The notes under the pieces are model-generated. The model worked only from the letters and a program-made list of their open reading frames with translations, was not told where the DNA came from and did not search any database. This document shows, in pieces, positions 36,369 to 44,118 of a stretch of DNA of 64,000 nucleotides (position 1 is its first letter; every line of letters begins with the position of its first letter). The DNA lies in the NCBI GenBank assembly GCA_045538735.1, contig JAZSRY010000069.1, positions 3,810 to 67,809 on the forward strand. The letters run 5' to 3'. This DNA comes from Oscillospiraceae bacterium. GTDB lineage: Bacteria; Bacillota; Clostridia; Oscillospirales; Oscillospiraceae. The position numbers were made by a program, and so were the translations under genes.

Positions 36369-36640
36369 AGCCTGAGCAATATAATCCGAACCCGTTTCTG
36401 ATGGCATATGCGTTAGCATTGCTGCGTTGCCGGCTTTTGAAGGGCGATAGCCCGTCTGCAAGCCGCCGCCTTGCACTGCACTAGCATATGACCTCAGAAA
36501 TCTGCGACTCCGCGGGAGGGGATTTTTGTATCAGGCAAAATTGAATGATGCAGGTGGGCTGGCGCCCACCAAAGAAGAAACAGGAAGTCTGGCGCTAAAA
36601 TCCGCCTCGCGGAGCGGGTTCGAATTATATTGCTCAGGCT
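36369..36640. mobile_element. 272-bp MITE-like element, copy A, with imperfect terminal inverted repeats (AGCCTGAGCAATATAATCCGAACCCG ... CGGGTTCGAATTATATTGCTCAGGCT)
   Basis: Same length as 52601-52872 and roughly 85-90 percent identical to it by eye, in inverted orientation. It has no ORF and an internal hairpin CAGGTGGGCTGGCGCCCACC. Confidence 0.85.
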
Positions 36641-36660
36641 AAAGATAAGGAGAAAGTGCC

Positions 36661-36951
36661 ATGAGAAACAGAAAAAGAAACCGGCAGGAAGAGAACAGCA
36701 TTCTGACTTTTACCGACTCTGACGGCAATGAGCAGAGATTTGAATATCTCGATGTTATAGAGTATAAGGACAAAGAGTATATTTTCCTTCTTCCCGCGGA
36801 AAGTGAAAGTACGGAACTTATCATTATGGAGATAGAACCTGTAAACAGGAGAAAGGAAAACTACCTTCCTGTGGAGGACGAGGCTCTTCTGCAGAAAGTT
36901 TATGGTCTTTTCAAGGAGAAGTATAAGGATATACTCACTTTTAGTGACTGA
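36661..36951 (+). CDS. DUF1292-family small protein
   Basis: 96-aa ORF with AAGGAG RBS and the typical pattern TFTDSDGNEQRFEYLDVIEYKDKEYIFLLP. Confidence 0.85.
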   Translation: MRNRKRNRQEENSILTFTDSDGNEQRFEYLDVIEYKDKEYIFLLPAESESTELIIMEIEPVNRRKENYLPVEDEALLQKVYGLFKEKYKDILTFSD

Positions 36952-36974
36952 TATTCAGAAGACAGGGTGACAGT

Positions 36975-37895
36975 ATGCAGTATAGTGAAATAGGAAAAAG
37001 CGGGATAAAAGCCTCCCGCATAGCTCTCGGCCTTATGCGCTCCAGCCTTTTTGGCAGCGAGGAAATGCACGCTCTTATGGAGGCTGCTCTTGAAGAGGGG
37101 ATAAATTTTGTTGACAATGCGGATATTTACGCTTGGCGAACCCCTTCCGAAATCCTTTTCGGTGAGGTCATGGAAAGCGCTCCTCAGCTTCGGGATAAGT
37201 TCATCGTCCAGACAAAATGCGGAATTTGCCGCGGTTACTATGACAGCTCCTATGAGCATATCATCGAAAGCGCAGAGCAGAGTCTGCGCCGTATGAAGCT
37301 GGACAGCATAGATGTTCTTCTGCTCCATCGCCCCGATGCCCTCGTTGAGCCTGAGGAGGTCGCAAGAGCCTTTGATGAGCTGCACAGCAGCGGCAAAGTG
37401 CGTCATTTCGGCGTTTCCAATATGAATCCGGGACAGATTGAAAACCTCAAACGCTGTGTCAAGCAGGATATAATCGTGGATCAGGTTGAGATGAGCCTTG
37501 CCCACGCTCCCGCCATCGATGCGGGCATCCACGTGAATATGATGGAAAATGCCGCCATTATGCGCGATGGAAGTCTTCTGGACTATGCTCAGTGCAAGGG
37601 TATGGGAATTCAGGCCTGGTCTATTTTGCAGATAAGCCTCCACGGGGGAACTTTCCTTGAAAACCCCGAATATCCGGAGCTTAATGCTGTTCTTGAGCGC
37701 CTCTCGGAGAAATACTCCGTCACAAAGGCCGCTATAGCCGCAGCATGGCTTCTGCGCCATCCCGCAAAAATTCAGGCAATAGCGGGAACAACCAATCCCC
37801 AGCACCTGCGCGAAATCGCGAAAGCGGCGGATGTATGCCTTGATAGACCGGAATGGTATGAGCTTTACCGCGCCTCCGGCAAAATCCTTCCGTAA
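36975..37895 (+). CDS. Aldo/keto reductase
   Basis: 306-aa ORF with the motifs GLMR, NFVDNADIY, LLLHRPD and HFGVSN. Confidence 0.9.
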   Translation: MQYSEIGKSGIKASRIALGLMRSSLFGSEEMHALMEAALEEGINFVDNADIYAWRTPSEILFGEVMESAPQLRDKFIVQTKCGICRGYYDSSYEHIIESAEQSLRRMKLDSIDVLLLHRPDALVEPEEVARAFDELHSSGKVRHFGVSNMNPGQIENLKRCVKQDIIVDQVEMSLAHAPAIDAGIHVNMMENAAIMRDGSLLDYAQCKGMGIQAWSILQISLHGGTFLENPEYPELNAVLERLSEKYSVTKAAIAAAWLLRHPAKIQAIAGTTNPQHLREIAKAADVCLDRPEWYELYRASGKILP

Positions 37896-37902
37896 AAATG
37901 CG

Positions 37903-37935
37903 AAAAGCCACCGACAAAAAGTCGGTGGCTTTTTT
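37903..37935. terminator. Bidirectional intrinsic terminator
   Basis: AAGCCACCGAC-AAAAAG-TCGGTGGCTT followed by TTTT. Confidence 0.85.
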
Positions 37936-37944
37936 AGCTGTTTT

Positions 37945-39018
37945 TTAGCTGTTGTAATAAAAGGCGTATTTCTCCATTGCGTCCATCAGCGCCTTCACAT
38001 TTTCCAAAGGCACTCCGGGGTAGAGACCGTATATCATCATAAGGCCGCCCTCTTTGCAGCCGATTTTTTCAACTTCCTCGCGGATAAGAGCATCAATCTG
38101 CTCCGGCGTGCCGAAAGGCGTTATCTTCTGCCTGTCAATATCCAGATCTATGCAGGTTCTGCCGCGGAAACGGCCGGATATCCAGTCTATGCCGTTCACC
38201 AGATCCTGCAAATTCAGCGCGTCCACGCCGCCTTCGATTATATCGTCGCAGAGAAGGCGGATGTCTCCGTCGGAGTGCATGTGTATGGGGATGCCCTCTT
38301 TGCGCAGGGGAGCCATAAGGCGCTGATAAGCGGGCTTTATATAGCGGCGGAAATCCTCTGGGCGGAGCATTGGTCCGTGCTGCATTCCCAGATCTTCGGG
38401 GATGCGCACCATATCAACGCCTGCGCGGATAAAGTGTTTTATCTGAGCGAGGTTGAATTCCCCGAGGCGCTCTATGAGCTCATCAAGAAGGGGCTCTTCG
38501 TCAATCATATCCATCAGCAGGTTTTCATATCCACGAAGGTCACATAGCTGCAAAAAGCTGTGACCGTGGCGCAGATCGCCGTAAACCATCTCTCCCGCTG
38601 CGCGTTTTGCAGCGGCTTCCGCCTCGAAGGCGGCCCAGTCTATGGGGAAAAGACCGTCGGTTTTCTCACTGTCGGGGAAGGTGTAGCGGCTCCATTTTTC
38701 CCAGTCATCGAGGGGATGACTATGGACGGAGCCCACAATTCCGTCGGTGGAGGTTTCCCAAATGCAGCCGAAAGGGTCGGTGTAGGGCTCAGCTTGTCTG
38801 GCGTTGGGGGCGAAAACGGGCTTGAACTCCCCTTTCGGGGTCTCGAAACCGGGGAAAAGGAAGGGGTGAGCCTCCATAAGCTGCCAAAGCTCCTCGTGGG
38901 GGTAGGCCTGCCAGCAGGCATCATTTATGTGGAATGTCATGGGAATATAGTCCGGCCTCTCAAAGCGCACAGCCTTGAGGATGTTGTCCTTTGTGCCGGA
39001 GGAGAGAGAAACATACAT
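37945..39018 (-). CDS. URO-D family protein (second paralogue)
   Basis: ORF 37945-39102; I prefer the ATG at 39018 (MYVSLSSGTKDN) after GAAGGAGG. Confidence 0.8.
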   Translation of the reverse strand: MYVSLSSGTKDNILKAVRFERPDYIPMTFHINDACWQAYPHEELWQLMEAHPFLFPGFETPKGEFKPVFAPNARQAEPYTDPFGCIWETSTDGIVGSVHSHPLDDWEKWSRYTFPDSEKTDGLFPIDWAAFEAEAAAKRAAGEMVYGDLRHGHSFLQLCDLRGYENLLMDMIDEEPLLDELIERLGEFNLAQIKHFIRAGVDMVRIPEDLGMQHGPMLRPEDFRRYIKPAYQRLMAPLRKEGIPIHMHSDGDIRLLCDDIIEGGVDALNLQDLVNGIDWISGRFRGRTCIDLDIDRQKITPFGTPEQIDALIREEVEKIGCKEGGLMMIYGLYPGVPLENVKALMDAMEKYAFYYNS

Positions 39019-39152
39019 GGCACAGCCTCCTTCAATCGAACTTTTTGAAATCATAACACAGCAATGCCCACTCGGCAACATTTTGTTGTGATGTGTCGGC
39101 ATAGTGTGATATAATAATTACACCATAAAACCGTTGGAAAGGAGATGGCATA

Positions 39153-40535
39153 ATGAGTTTCAGCGACGATATTCGCCTTTTGCTCCGTGAGAAGGAGTTA
39201 AGCTGTGCCGCTCTCGGCGAACTGCTTTCTGTGGATGAGGGCGTGGTTTCAAGCTGGGAGATTGGCTCCAAACTGCCGGATAAGGACGAGCTTTGCCTGC
39301 TTCGGGAGCATTTTCCGGAAGCAGAACTGCCGGCAGAGATTTATAACTTGAAAATAGAGGAAGCTGAGGCAAAGGCGGGGTTTAAGTGCAATAGGCGGAG
39401 ATGGCTGAAAACACAACTTGTGTTTTGCATAATATTTTTTGTCATTGGCATTGCGTTCAAATATGCAGGCGTTGACACCGCCGCAACAGTAGGTTTTATA
39501 ATGGCTTTCGTCTATCTTGCCATTTGTCTAAGTCCGCTTGCTCCTCTTGCGAAACAAAACAGAAAAAGCCTTGAGCTGTTTTCCCGCCGCAGGTTTGAAT
39601 ATTGCGTTTTTCGGGACAGAGTTAGCGTTACCACCTGGGAAGGGGAAAAACGGATGTCGGAGTGCAGCTATTTCTACGATGATGCTACATTTTGCATTCG
39701 GACAGACAAGCTTTTGCTGCCCTATTTCAATAATTCCTATCTGATAATTCCTTTACGAGGGATTGCGGCGGACTCGCTTCTTTTAAGTGCCCTTGATCCC
39801 AAAACGGTGAAACAGCGAGGAAACGAAAAGACAAAAGCCTCGAAGACGCTCAGAATAATATCAATAGTTCTGCTTGTGATGAGCATTGTTGCTCTTCCTA
39901 TTGGCGCATTGATTATTGTGGGCGCTTTGATGGAAGCTCCAACGGAAATCATATCTGTCATGATTCTGGTATGCTCTGTGCCCGTTATATCTATGGTATA
40001 TGGACTGATCATAGCGTTTTTGGGTAAAAGAGAAGGGCGAAAAAATACTCTGGTAGCCGCGGCTGTGATACTGATTCTTAGCTTAACTCTCAGCTATGGC
40101 TCAAGATATATTCTTCAGTTTGAGGTGGCGGACGATGGCCCGCAGTTTGAGGTAGTCGAGGCAAAGATTGAGGATGCTTTGGGAACGGATATTCCTCAAC
40201 CCGATGCCAGCGAACTTTATTATTATAACGTAGCTTATGATGACTTCTTCGTCTATTACTACGGCTACTTATACTTCAATCAGGATGATGTTTCTGCAAT
40301 CATAGAAGCAACGGATGAATTTTGGCTAGATTACGTACCCAACAGTTTGAAGGGTATATGTGAAGATACTGATATGCTCAGTGCCTATGATACGTATCTG
40401 TTCTATAATTTAGATAGCGGTGAACGGAATACCCTCCCGGCAGAGACGGGCCAATATAGATTTATGGTTCTTTACTACAGTTACGAGTACAACGAGGTGT
40501 ATATAGCTGAGTACGATCTTGATTATGTACAATAA
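39153..40535 (+). CDS. Membrane-tethered XRE-family HTH protein with multiple TM helices, a YcxB/bPH-like cytosolic insert and a Tyr/Asp-rich extracytoplasmic C-terminus
   Basis: 460-aa ORF with an N-terminal HTH (LREKELSCAALGELLSVDEGVVSSWEIG) and at least 5 hydrophobic helices. It is more AT-rich than its neighbours. Confidence 0.72.
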   Translation: MSFSDDIRLLLREKELSCAALGELLSVDEGVVSSWEIGSKLPDKDELCLLREHFPEAELPAEIYNLKIEEAEAKAGFKCNRRRWLKTQLVFCIIFFVIGIAFKYAGVDTAATVGFIMAFVYLAICLSPLAPLAKQNRKSLELFSRRRFEYCVFRDRVSVTTWEGEKRMSECSYFYDDATFCIRTDKLLLPYFNNSYLIIPLRGIAADSLLLSALDPKTVKQRGNEKTKASKTLRIISIVLLVMSIVALPIGALIIVGALMEAPTEIISVMILVCSVPVISMVYGLIIAFLGKREGRKNTLVAAAVILILSLTLSYGSRYILQFEVADDGPQFEVVEAKIEDALGTDIPQPDASELYYYNVAYDDFFVYYYGYLYFNQDDVSAIIEATDEFWLDYVPNSLKGICEDTDMLSAYDTYLFYNLDSGERNTLPAETGQYRFMVLYYSYEYNEVYIAEYDLDYVQ

Positions 40536-40558
40536 TTCTTTGGAGAATTCCTCCCCTT

Positions 40559-41431
40559 ATGAAATCTTCTATTAAACCAAGGCTGATGATATCCCTCTCG
40601 ATGGTTATTTTCGGCACAATTGCAATATTTGTCCGCAATATCCCCCTCACGTCTGCCCAGCTGTCTTTGAGCAGAGCGGTTATTGCTGCAGTGCTTATCG
40701 GCGCTTATCTTCTGAGCGGGGGAAAGAAAATCCCCTTCCGCTCATTGGGACGCCAGCTGCCTGCCCTGCTTGTTTCGGGCGCGGCGCTGGGAATAAACTG
40801 GATACTGCTTTTCGAAGCCTATAAATATACCACCGTGTCCGTGGCAACTCTCAGTTATTATTTCGCTCCTGTCATCATAATTCTGGCCTGCCCTCTGCTT
40901 TTCAAGGAGAAAATGGGCGTGAAGCAGTGGCTTTGCTTCGTGATGAGCACACTTGGCATAGTGCTGATTACAGGGCTTGGCGACCTGAGTGGAGGCAGCA
41001 GCCATATAAAGGGCATCGCCTTTGGCCTTGCCGCCGCCTTTTTCTATGCCTTTGTTGTTATAAGCAATAAATTCATAAAGGACGTGGACGGCATCCAGCG
41101 CACCTTTTTGCAGTTTGTGGCTGCTGCAATCGTCCTTGCCCCCTATGTGCTGCTGACGGAGGGCTTCAGCCTCGCCGCTATGGATACAAGAGGCTTCGTC
41201 CTCCTCGGAGTTGTGGGACTTTTACATACGGGAATCTGCTATTGCCTCTATTTCTCGGCTCTCAAGGATGTGAGCGGTCAGGAGGCGGCGATACTGAGCT
41301 ATGCCGACCCCCTTGTGGCAGTACTGGCCTCTGTGTTCGTTTTGGGCGAGGCCATAAGCCTGCCCCAGATAATAGGCGGAGCTCTCATACTGGGCTTCAC
41401 CCTTTGGAATGAGCTTGAAAAAAGCAAATAA
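40559..41431 (+). CDS. EamA/DMT-superfamily transporter
   Basis: 290-aa ORF with a ten-TM pattern and duplicated EamA halves. Confidence 0.88.
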   Translation: MKSSIKPRLMISLSMVIFGTIAIFVRNIPLTSAQLSLSRAVIAAVLIGAYLLSGGKKIPFRSLGRQLPALLVSGAALGINWILLFEAYKYTTVSVATLSYYFAPVIIILACPLLFKEKMGVKQWLCFVMSTLGIVLITGLGDLSGGSSHIKGIAFGLAAAFFYAFVVISNKFIKDVDGIQRTFLQFVAAAIVLAPYVLLTEGFSLAAMDTRGFVLLGVVGLLHTGICYCLYFSALKDVSGQEAAILSYADPLVAVLASVFVLGEAISLPQIIGGALILGFTLWNELEKSK

Positions 41432-41469
41432 AAAAGTTCGCTGCGGATTTTCCGCGGCGAACTTTTTTA
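41431..41469. terminator. Bidirectional intrinsic terminator
   Basis: GTTCGCTGCGG-ATTTT-CCGCGGCGAAC flanked by an A-run and a T-run. Confidence 0.85.
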
Positions 41470-41898
41470 TATACTTTTGCGTTTGACGAAAATTTCCGTG
41501 ACGTCGGTGAGCACGGTTTCGCCCTGCTGATTGCGTACGAAAAAGGTAATTTCAACAATGCCGTTTTTTGGGCTTTTTTTGGTTTTGGCGGTGACTACGG
41601 CTTTGCCGAAGAGGGTGTCATCGGCAAAAACGGGTTTGTGCCATTCGATTTTGGTGGATTTTCCCGCAACAAACTCACTGCCGAAAAGGTCCTGCTCAAT
41701 ATATTTGTTCCATACGGACATAAAGGTCATCACCCCGGGGGCGAGAAGAGCGCCGAAGGGGCTTGCCTTCGCGTAGTCCTCGTCGGTGTGGATGGGTCTG
41801 CTGTCATAGTCCTTGGCGAAGGAGAGCATTTTCTCCTTTTTGATTATAACAGGCTCTATATCAATTTCCGTGTTCAGTTTTATATCTTCAAAAAACAT
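41467..41898 (-). CDS. MaoC-like hot-dog-fold dehydratase
   Basis: ORF 41467-41937; I prefer the ATG at 41898 (MFFEDIKLNTE) after GGAG. Motifs RPIHTDEDYA and FGALLAPG. Confidence 0.85.
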   Translation of the reverse strand: MFFEDIKLNTEIDIEPVIIKKEKMLSFAKDYDSRPIHTDEDYAKASPFGALLAPGVMTFMSVWNKYIEQDLFGSEFVAGKSTKIEWHKPVFADDTLFGKAVVTAKTKKSPKNGIVEITFFVRNQQGETVLTDVTEIFVKRKSI

Positions 41899-42048
41899 GC
41901 TTTTCTCCTGATTTCGCATTTGCTGACAGTATAGCACCGGGTGCGGAAAAAAGCCACATAGTTTTATAAAAAGGTGGGATTTGCGCCGGAATGTCCCGAT
42001 TATCGGACAGCTTGAGAGGTAAAATCGTAAACGAGAGGAGGAAACTAT

Positions 42049-42132
42049 ATGACAGCTTTGATTTTGATAGTTTTTCCTATATTTTATATTTCGCTCGCGG
42101 TTATTGCGAAATTGGTGAAGGGATACATGTAA
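42049..42132 (+). CDS. Candidate 27-aa hydrophobic micro-protein (MTALILIVFPIFYISLAVIAKLVKGYM)
   Basis: Hand-translated, below the ORF-track cutoff. A strong RBS (GAGAGGAGG) lies 7 nt upstream. Confidence 0.35.
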   Translation: MTALILIVFPIFYISLAVIAKLVKGYM

Positions 42133-42151
42133 TAAAAAGGAGGAATTGAAA

Positions 42152-42268
42152 ATGGACGAGATTTTTGGCGGAATGTTTGATTTTAATAATGACGCGGTGA
42201 CAGATAATATAGAGCTCGCTCTTGGACTTCAGATAATTTCCGAAAGCGAGAGCGAGGACGAAGAATAA
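42152..42268 (+). CDS. Candidate 38-aa acidic micro-protein (MDEIFGGMFDFNNDAVTDNIELALGLQIISESESEDEE)
   Basis: Hand-translated. RBS AAAAGGAGG lies 7 nt upstream, and the ORF starts 19 nt after the previous micro-ORF. Confidence 0.4.
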   Translation: MDEIFGGMFDFNNDAVTDNIELALGLQIISESESEDEE

Positions 42269-42285
42269 ATTGGGTGGAGAGAGCA

Positions 42286-42492
42286 ATGGGAAGTATTCTT
42301 ACAAGAGAGCAGATTGATACCCGCCTGAAAAGGTACTATGAGTCCAAGTACGGAGAGTACGGAAAAGATATATGGTTCGAGATACCAGCAGCCAATGTCT
42401 GGATGTTTGTCCGCGATGAGAGGCTCATTACCCTGAGATGCCATGTTATTTCCGGCGAGGTGGCGGAAAGAGCCGTTCCCTATGAAATGTAA
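42286..42492 (+). CDS. Hypothetical small protein
   Basis: ORF 42274-42492; I prefer the ATG at 42286 after GGAGAGAG. Confidence 0.5.
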   Translation: MGSILTREQIDTRLKRYYESKYGEYGKDIWFEIPAANVWMFVRDERLITLRCHVISGEVAERAVPYEM

Positions 42493-42628
42493 TTTATGAA
42501 CATGGGAAATATAAATTCCCGACTGAGTGAGCAGGCGCCGCTTGATGCAGGAGGCGGATTATGATAAAGTTAATTTGCAACTGCAAGGGAGGCTATGTAG
42601 GGCAAAACAAATAAAAGGAAGAGCTTGT

Positions 42629-43108
42629 ATGATAAAATCATATGCAAAAGATACGTTTGTGAGGGATATGTTTGAACTTATTCGCGCAAAGCCTTTCAAT
42701 CGGGAAAGCGCGGAACATATAATTGAGCATATCGGCGATGTTAATCAGGCGCATATCGGAAGGCATGATTGCCCCGCGCTATTTCTGGGAGAAGCAGTTG
42801 AATATTGCAATTTGGATGCCGTGCGATTTTTTCTGGAGCACGGAGCAGATCCCAATATTATCTCGGATGAGCAGTGCGCTCCCTGCCCGATTTGGCTTGC
42901 CATTCTTCCCTGCGCATCAGATGAAAAGGAAGAAAAACTTGAAATTTTAAAGCTTTTGCTCCAATACGGCGGCGACCCCACACTTGTGATTGAGGGGCAG
43001 CGCATAGTGGACGAGCTGAAGGATTCACTTGAGGATTGGATCGAGGAATCGGCTTTGGAATATATCGCAGAGGCGCTCAAGCTTACGAAAGAGCAAATAG
43101 GCGAATAA
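42629..43108 (+). CDS. Ankyrin-repeat-like protein
   Basis: ORF 42527-43108; I prefer the ATG at 42629. ANK signatures LDAVRFFLEHGADPN and ILKLLLQYGGDP. Confidence 0.62.
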   Translation: MIKSYAKDTFVRDMFELIRAKPFNRESAEHIIEHIGDVNQAHIGRHDCPALFLGEAVEYCNLDAVRFFLEHGADPNIISDEQCAPCPIWLAILPCASDEKEEKLEILKLLLQYGGDPTLVIEGQRIVDELKDSLEDWIEESALEYIAEALKLTKEQIGE

Positions 43109-43133
43109 CAGCAGCCCGAATGAGAAGACGGGA

Positions 43134-43175
43134 CAAAAAAACAAAACCCCGGAACTTTCGTTCCGGGGGTTTTTG
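43134..43175. terminator. Bidirectional intrinsic terminator; copy 1 of a duplicated hairpin
   Basis: CCCCGGAAC-TTTC-GTTCCGGGG flanked by an A-run and a T-run. About 33 nt are identical to 43631-43663. Confidence 0.85.
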
Positions 43176-43176
43176 C

Positions 43177-43347
43177 CTATTCTTCTTTCAAGTCCTCAAG
43201 GGCGGCTTTAACGGCAGCTATAACAAAGGCGGAAAATGTACAGTCTTTGCCGGCAATGGCCTGCTCCACCTCTGCGATAACATCGTTTGGAAAACGGATG
43301 GTCTTGTTGCTGGTGGGCGGTGTGGCGGGAATTTTGAACTTTGCCAT
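43177..43347 (-). CDS. Small ribbon-helix-helix-type (Arc/CopG-like) DNA-binding protein
   Basis: ORF 43177-43362; I prefer MAKFKIPATPPTSNKTIRFPNDVIAEVEQAI.... I recall this sequence type as frequent on Firmicute mobile DNA. Confidence 0.68.
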   Translation of the reverse strand: MAKFKIPATPPTSNKTIRFPNDVIAEVEQAIAGKDCTFSAFVIAAVKAALEDLKEE

Positions 43348-43458
43348 AAATGCACCTCGCAATACATTTGTATTGCATTCAGTTTACGCTGAAAACGCAC
43401 TTAAATATGCATTGCATTTGCAATGCATATTTGCTATGCTAATATTGAGGTGAAGGAT

Positions 43459-43632
43459 ATGGCTGAGTTTTGTGTCGACTGTTGGAACAATCTGAACGGG
43501 AAAAAGGTCAGTCCGCTAAAATATGTCCTGTCCAAAGAAGTGGATCTGTGCGAGGGCTGCGGCAAATATAAGAGAGTTATTGTGTGCATTAGGGAAAAAC
43601 CATACAAACGCTTATTTTTTCTGAAGAGGTAA
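43459..43632 (+). CDS. Small zinc-ribbon protein (CxxC...CxxC)
   Basis: ORF 43423-43632; I prefer the ATG at 43459 after GAGGTGAAGG. Sequence MAEFCVDCWNNLNG...LCEGCGKYKRV. Confidence 0.6.
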   Translation: MAEFCVDCWNNLNGKKVSPLKYVLSKEVDLCEGCGKYKRVIVCIREKPYKRLFFLKR

Positions 43633-43668
43633 AAAACAAAACCCCGGAACTTTCGTTCCGGGGTTTCT
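43631..43668. terminator. Intrinsic terminator of tRNA-Arg; copy 2 of the duplicated hairpin
   Basis: Same hairpin as 43134-43175, immediately 3' of the tRNA on the minus strand. Confidence 0.85.
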
Positions 43669-43745
43669 TGGCACGCCCTAAGAGATTCGAACTCCTGACC
43701 TTCTGGTCCGTAGCCAGACGCTCTATCCAGCTGAGCTAAGAGCGC
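43669..43745 (-). tRNA. tRNA-Arg (anticodon ACG)
   Basis: Reverse complement GCGCTCTTAGCTCAGCTGGATAGAGCGTCTGGCTACGGACCAGAAGGTCAGGAGTTCGAATCTCTTAGGGCGTGCCA folds as a cloverleaf with anticodon loop CTACGGA and an encoded CCA. Confidence 0.9.
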
Positions 43746-43833
43746 ATACCAATTCGTGCTTGAGAATAATAGCACACCGCAAACCAAAAAGCAAGAGTTT
43801 TTTTAAACTTTTTTAAGTTTTTTTAATATTTTT

Positions 43834-43995
43834 TTACATTCCCATGGCGTCGGTCATTTTTTCCACCATATCCTCCATGTTTCGGACGGCGCGTTGGATC
43901 ATTCTCTTGCTGCGGCGCTTATCCATGGAAAGACCTGCGCCCACGCAGACGCCTAAAATCATACCGGCGCCCATGCCTTTAATAAATCCGCACAT
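43834..43995 (-). CDS. Candidate 53-aa small membrane protein (MCGFIKGMGAGMILGVCVGAGLSMDKRRSKRM...)
   Basis: Hand-translated, below the ORF-track cutoff. RBS AAAGGAGG lies 7 nt upstream on the minus strand. Confidence 0.45.
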   Translation of the reverse strand: MCGFIKGMGAGMILGVCVGAGLSMDKRRSKRMIQRAVRNMEDMVEKMTDAMGM

Positions 43996-44118
43996 ATTTT
44001 TTCCTCCTTTAAGCTTTATGGGTCGGATTTATTATGCCCCGCGAGGCGCCTATAATGATTGCGAAAAAATTACTTTTTATGGTAAAATAAGAAAAAACGG
44101 CGAAAGGCGGACAGAAGT

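Noticed and set aside
43434-43787. 117-aa minus-strand ORF.
   Set aside because: It runs straight through tRNA-Arg and its terminator, so it is spurious.
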